From positions 43,896,001 to 43,960,000 of the forward strand of contig CM060733.1 in the NCBI GenBank assembly GCA_030704615.1: a stretch of DNA of 64,000 nt. Direction: 5' to 3'. Source of the DNA: Takakia lepidozioides (lineage: Eukaryota > Plantae > Bryophyta). The number at the start of each line of letters is the position of its first letter. Within the stretch, counting starts at the first letter, position 1. The notes below the pieces were generated by a model that had not been told where the DNA came from, did not search any database, and saw nothing but the letters and a program-made list of their open reading frames with translations. This document shows, piece by piece, positions 61,190 to 64,000 of this stretch. The position numbers and the translations under genes are program-made.

Positions 61190-64000
61190 GAGGTTTACTA
61201 TTTCATGAGCCCATGAGCCTATGAGCTCATGAGCGGACATCCGCGGAATTGGAATTTTCCTGCCTTTATTGACGGTGTTATGTCCTCTTATCTCGGTAAT
61301 AGGGTCTGTTTCTCCTGGTCCAAGATGCGGAATGAGGTATTTCGGCGCCGTTATTCCCAAGAGCAGTGTGCTAAAATGGTGTTTTGAAGACATCCACCGG
61401 GGTATTTCGGCACCGAAATTACCTCTTAAAATGTGATATAGTGCGGTATTTAATGGCGCAGAACGGGCTATTTGGGCGCCGAAATACCCAAGTGGAATGT
61501 GCTGAAGTGCCTTGTGCTGAAGGCTTCCATCGCGATATTTTGGTACAGTAATTCATCCGTGGAATTTTTGAGGCCCATATAACGAAGGCGCGCATTGGGC
61601 TATTTCGGCGCCAAATTTCCCAATAGGAATGTTAGAAACGGCAGGGTTTTCATGGCTTCAAGTTCTCGGCTCGATGGTGTGCATAAATTACTTGTAGGGT
61701 TCTTCACTGAAGTTTGCGTCTCTTCTGCTTTTATTATACATTTTGGTTGGCGGAAGAAATGTAGGGAATCGGACAAGCAGTCTGAACACAATGATTTTTC
61801 AAATCGTCAATATTTTCATTAAGTGTTTCAGAACTGTACAACAAAAGGATCCAAATGAGACTTTGCTATGGTGAGGATCCGCTATCACTGTCCGATGCAT
61901 CCCCGGCCTCATGCAAGGATGGCTGCCTTCCACCTGCCTCCGAACCTGCACTGCCGCTACCACTGTTACTCTGAGAAGCCCTCCCCTCAAAAATACCATC
62001 CTCACCAGCCGGAACTGTCCACCTGGGTGCGGAAGTGTCCTCAACATTCCCCTCGCTCTCGGACGCGGATTCTATTACGAACTTCTCTACTCTGCCTTTC
62101 ACAATTCTATGTTTGGCCTCACGCCTCATTATAATTCTCTGCTCATTCCCGTATGTCAATTGCTCTAACCGAGTAGGCCTATCCTCCCTCCTGATGGCTT
62201 CTCTGGCAGCCGTGTCTGCATAGGCTGGTAGAAAAAAATGCTTCTAGGGACTCGCGAGAAACGATTTTCTGGCAAAGAATGGCCGATGCGATTCTGTCTC
62301 CTCCTCTGCAACAGGGTCCGATTCGGGCAAGTCTCCTAGCTTCTCCTCGTCGGACGACTCTGCAAGGCTGAGTGTACGCACAAACATAGAATGAAGTACA
62401 TTAGAGAATTCAAACAGGGAATCATCGGCAGGTTGCATGGTCCCTACAACCGAAACCAATACACTTACTATGGTGCAACTCACTCGAAGACAGGCATTGG
62501 GGGAAGCGGCTTCGGGCGCCCCTGCATCGAACGAATTTCCTGGACTTCCTCCTCTTCATCTTCCTCCTCCCCTTCCACGTCATCTTCTGCGTTTTTGGGA
62601 TCCTCAGTCGGAGGCAAAACGCTGAAGGCCCGCCAAATTGTAATCGTACAAGGCTGTATCCCCCTCAAATGAGAACACAAATCGGTTCGACATCCTTCTT
62701 GCCCACATACAGGCACCTGCAAATTCATACGACACAACCACAACCAAACTCAAGAATGAGTCGCTTCCTCGCACAAGCAAACATACACAAACATAAATGG
62801 TGTCAATTTTGGTGCCGCATTCAATTAACGTTCTCACCTGTATTTGCAGTGATGTTGAGGACCCTGCCTTCAACATCCGTACATGTTTCCATGAGCGTCT
62901 GGGATGAATGCAGGACTCCTGGTCCTGCCATACCTCCATGGCTTGCCCGACAAATCACAAAGAATGTCCTTCTCTCCCACATGGTTGAACAGGACGTTAT
63001 ACTCCAGTGGATCAACTGTGGAATCAACAAGTCTTCCTGTTTCACGTAATTTGAATTTCTAATGTTTCTTCACGAAGCAAAATGCCTGAAAGATAAGAGT
63101 CTGCAGAGAAGGAAATGTCCTGGAGGTTTTGCTCCTCCGCAAGCTCCAGCAGGTTCTGATCGTCGCCAAGTCGTACCACGTTGTCGTCCTCTCCTTCTGT
63201 CAGCTCAATGGGCCGCCCTTCTGCAGATCCAACTCCCACATCTCCAGCGGCCTCCACCGCATCCGTGTTTTTTGAAATTGACTGCAAACCTAATATCTCC
63301 GCTTCCAGTCTCCCTAGAGGTTTTACTGGCGAAGCCATGGGCTCCTTATGCTTCCTCGACTTCCGAACTCTAGGTGGGCTTTTCTGAGGCGATATCTGAG
63401 GTGTTGAATGAGGACTCGCCTGCCTCGATGCACTTCCACCTTGCGAGCGCAGCACCCGGGCAGGAGTATCCAAAGTTGACTGTGTTGCTTCGCCCCCCTT
63501 CGATCCCTCCCCAGCTCCCATGTCAAACAAACAGGAAAACATGAAACACTGCACGCAAAAAAAAGGGTGTAAAAGGAATATTGCGTATGGAGTGCTTCAC
63601 ATCCGCAAAGCACGAATCTCTCACTGGTGGGCGATCCGAGTCTCCGGATAACGAGGTCTGCATTTCATGCATGAGACGGAGCTTAAGTCGTGTCGTCGGC
63701 GGCTTCCCAAAATCCCGCGTCCTCCTTCTCTTTGCCGGAGTCGCCTGACCTTCCACAAACTCTATGCTACCACTATGCCGCATAAGGAGAGGAAACGCAG
63801 GAGAATGTCACTGCAGAAGGGCAAGGAGCGAGAGAGCGAAGCGGTGGAACATGCAACCACTATGCACGAGCAGATGTGTAAGCAGCCACGTCTCCCGGAG
63901 CGTTGCCACCATCCACCACTTTCTGCCGTATGGGTGATGAAGAGATTGTGACCCCTGACACGTTCGCACGGATGAAGTCGACTGGAACACGACGCGTGCC
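61190..64000 (-). mobile_element. Mutator-like element F, near-identical inverted copy of E 55663-58486, running off the window
   Basis: TIR GAGGTTTACTATTTCATGAGC; ORF translations almost identical to those of E. Confidence 0.95.

Overview
Eukaryotic, most likely non-seed land plant, transposon nest with no recognisable host gene and a 500-N gap at 36350-36849. Two element classes are nested in each other. (1) A non-chromoviral Ty3/gypsy family (Athila/Tat/Ogre-like) with ~0.9-1.1 kb TG..CA LTRs, PBS TGGCGACCATACTGGGGA, a PPT, an extra 5' ORF and a ~1,250-codon extra 3' ORF. About six partial copies are present, plus one gag-protease fragment of a related family. (2) Six copies or fragments (A-F) of a Mutator-like DNA transposon group with short TIRs (G(G/A)GG..(G/A)CTATT(T/C)CATGAGC) and 8-9 bp TSDs. 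Pieced together across copies, this group carries two divergently oriented, intron-containing genes. One is a GCM-like/DDE/SWIM transposase. The other encodes a ParB/Srx-like domain followed by a beta-class N6-adenine/N4-cytosine DNA-methyltransferase-like domain. Between and beside these genes lie arrays of a palindromic TCGGCGCCGA-centred site with subfamily-specific flanks, spaced at 53 or 63-64 bp. This ParB-MTase plus palindrome-array cassette in a plant DNA transposon is the main candidate for an undescribed system, possibly self-marking or anti-silencing. Domain calls come from motif recognition by eye, no copy here is intact, and function is inferred.
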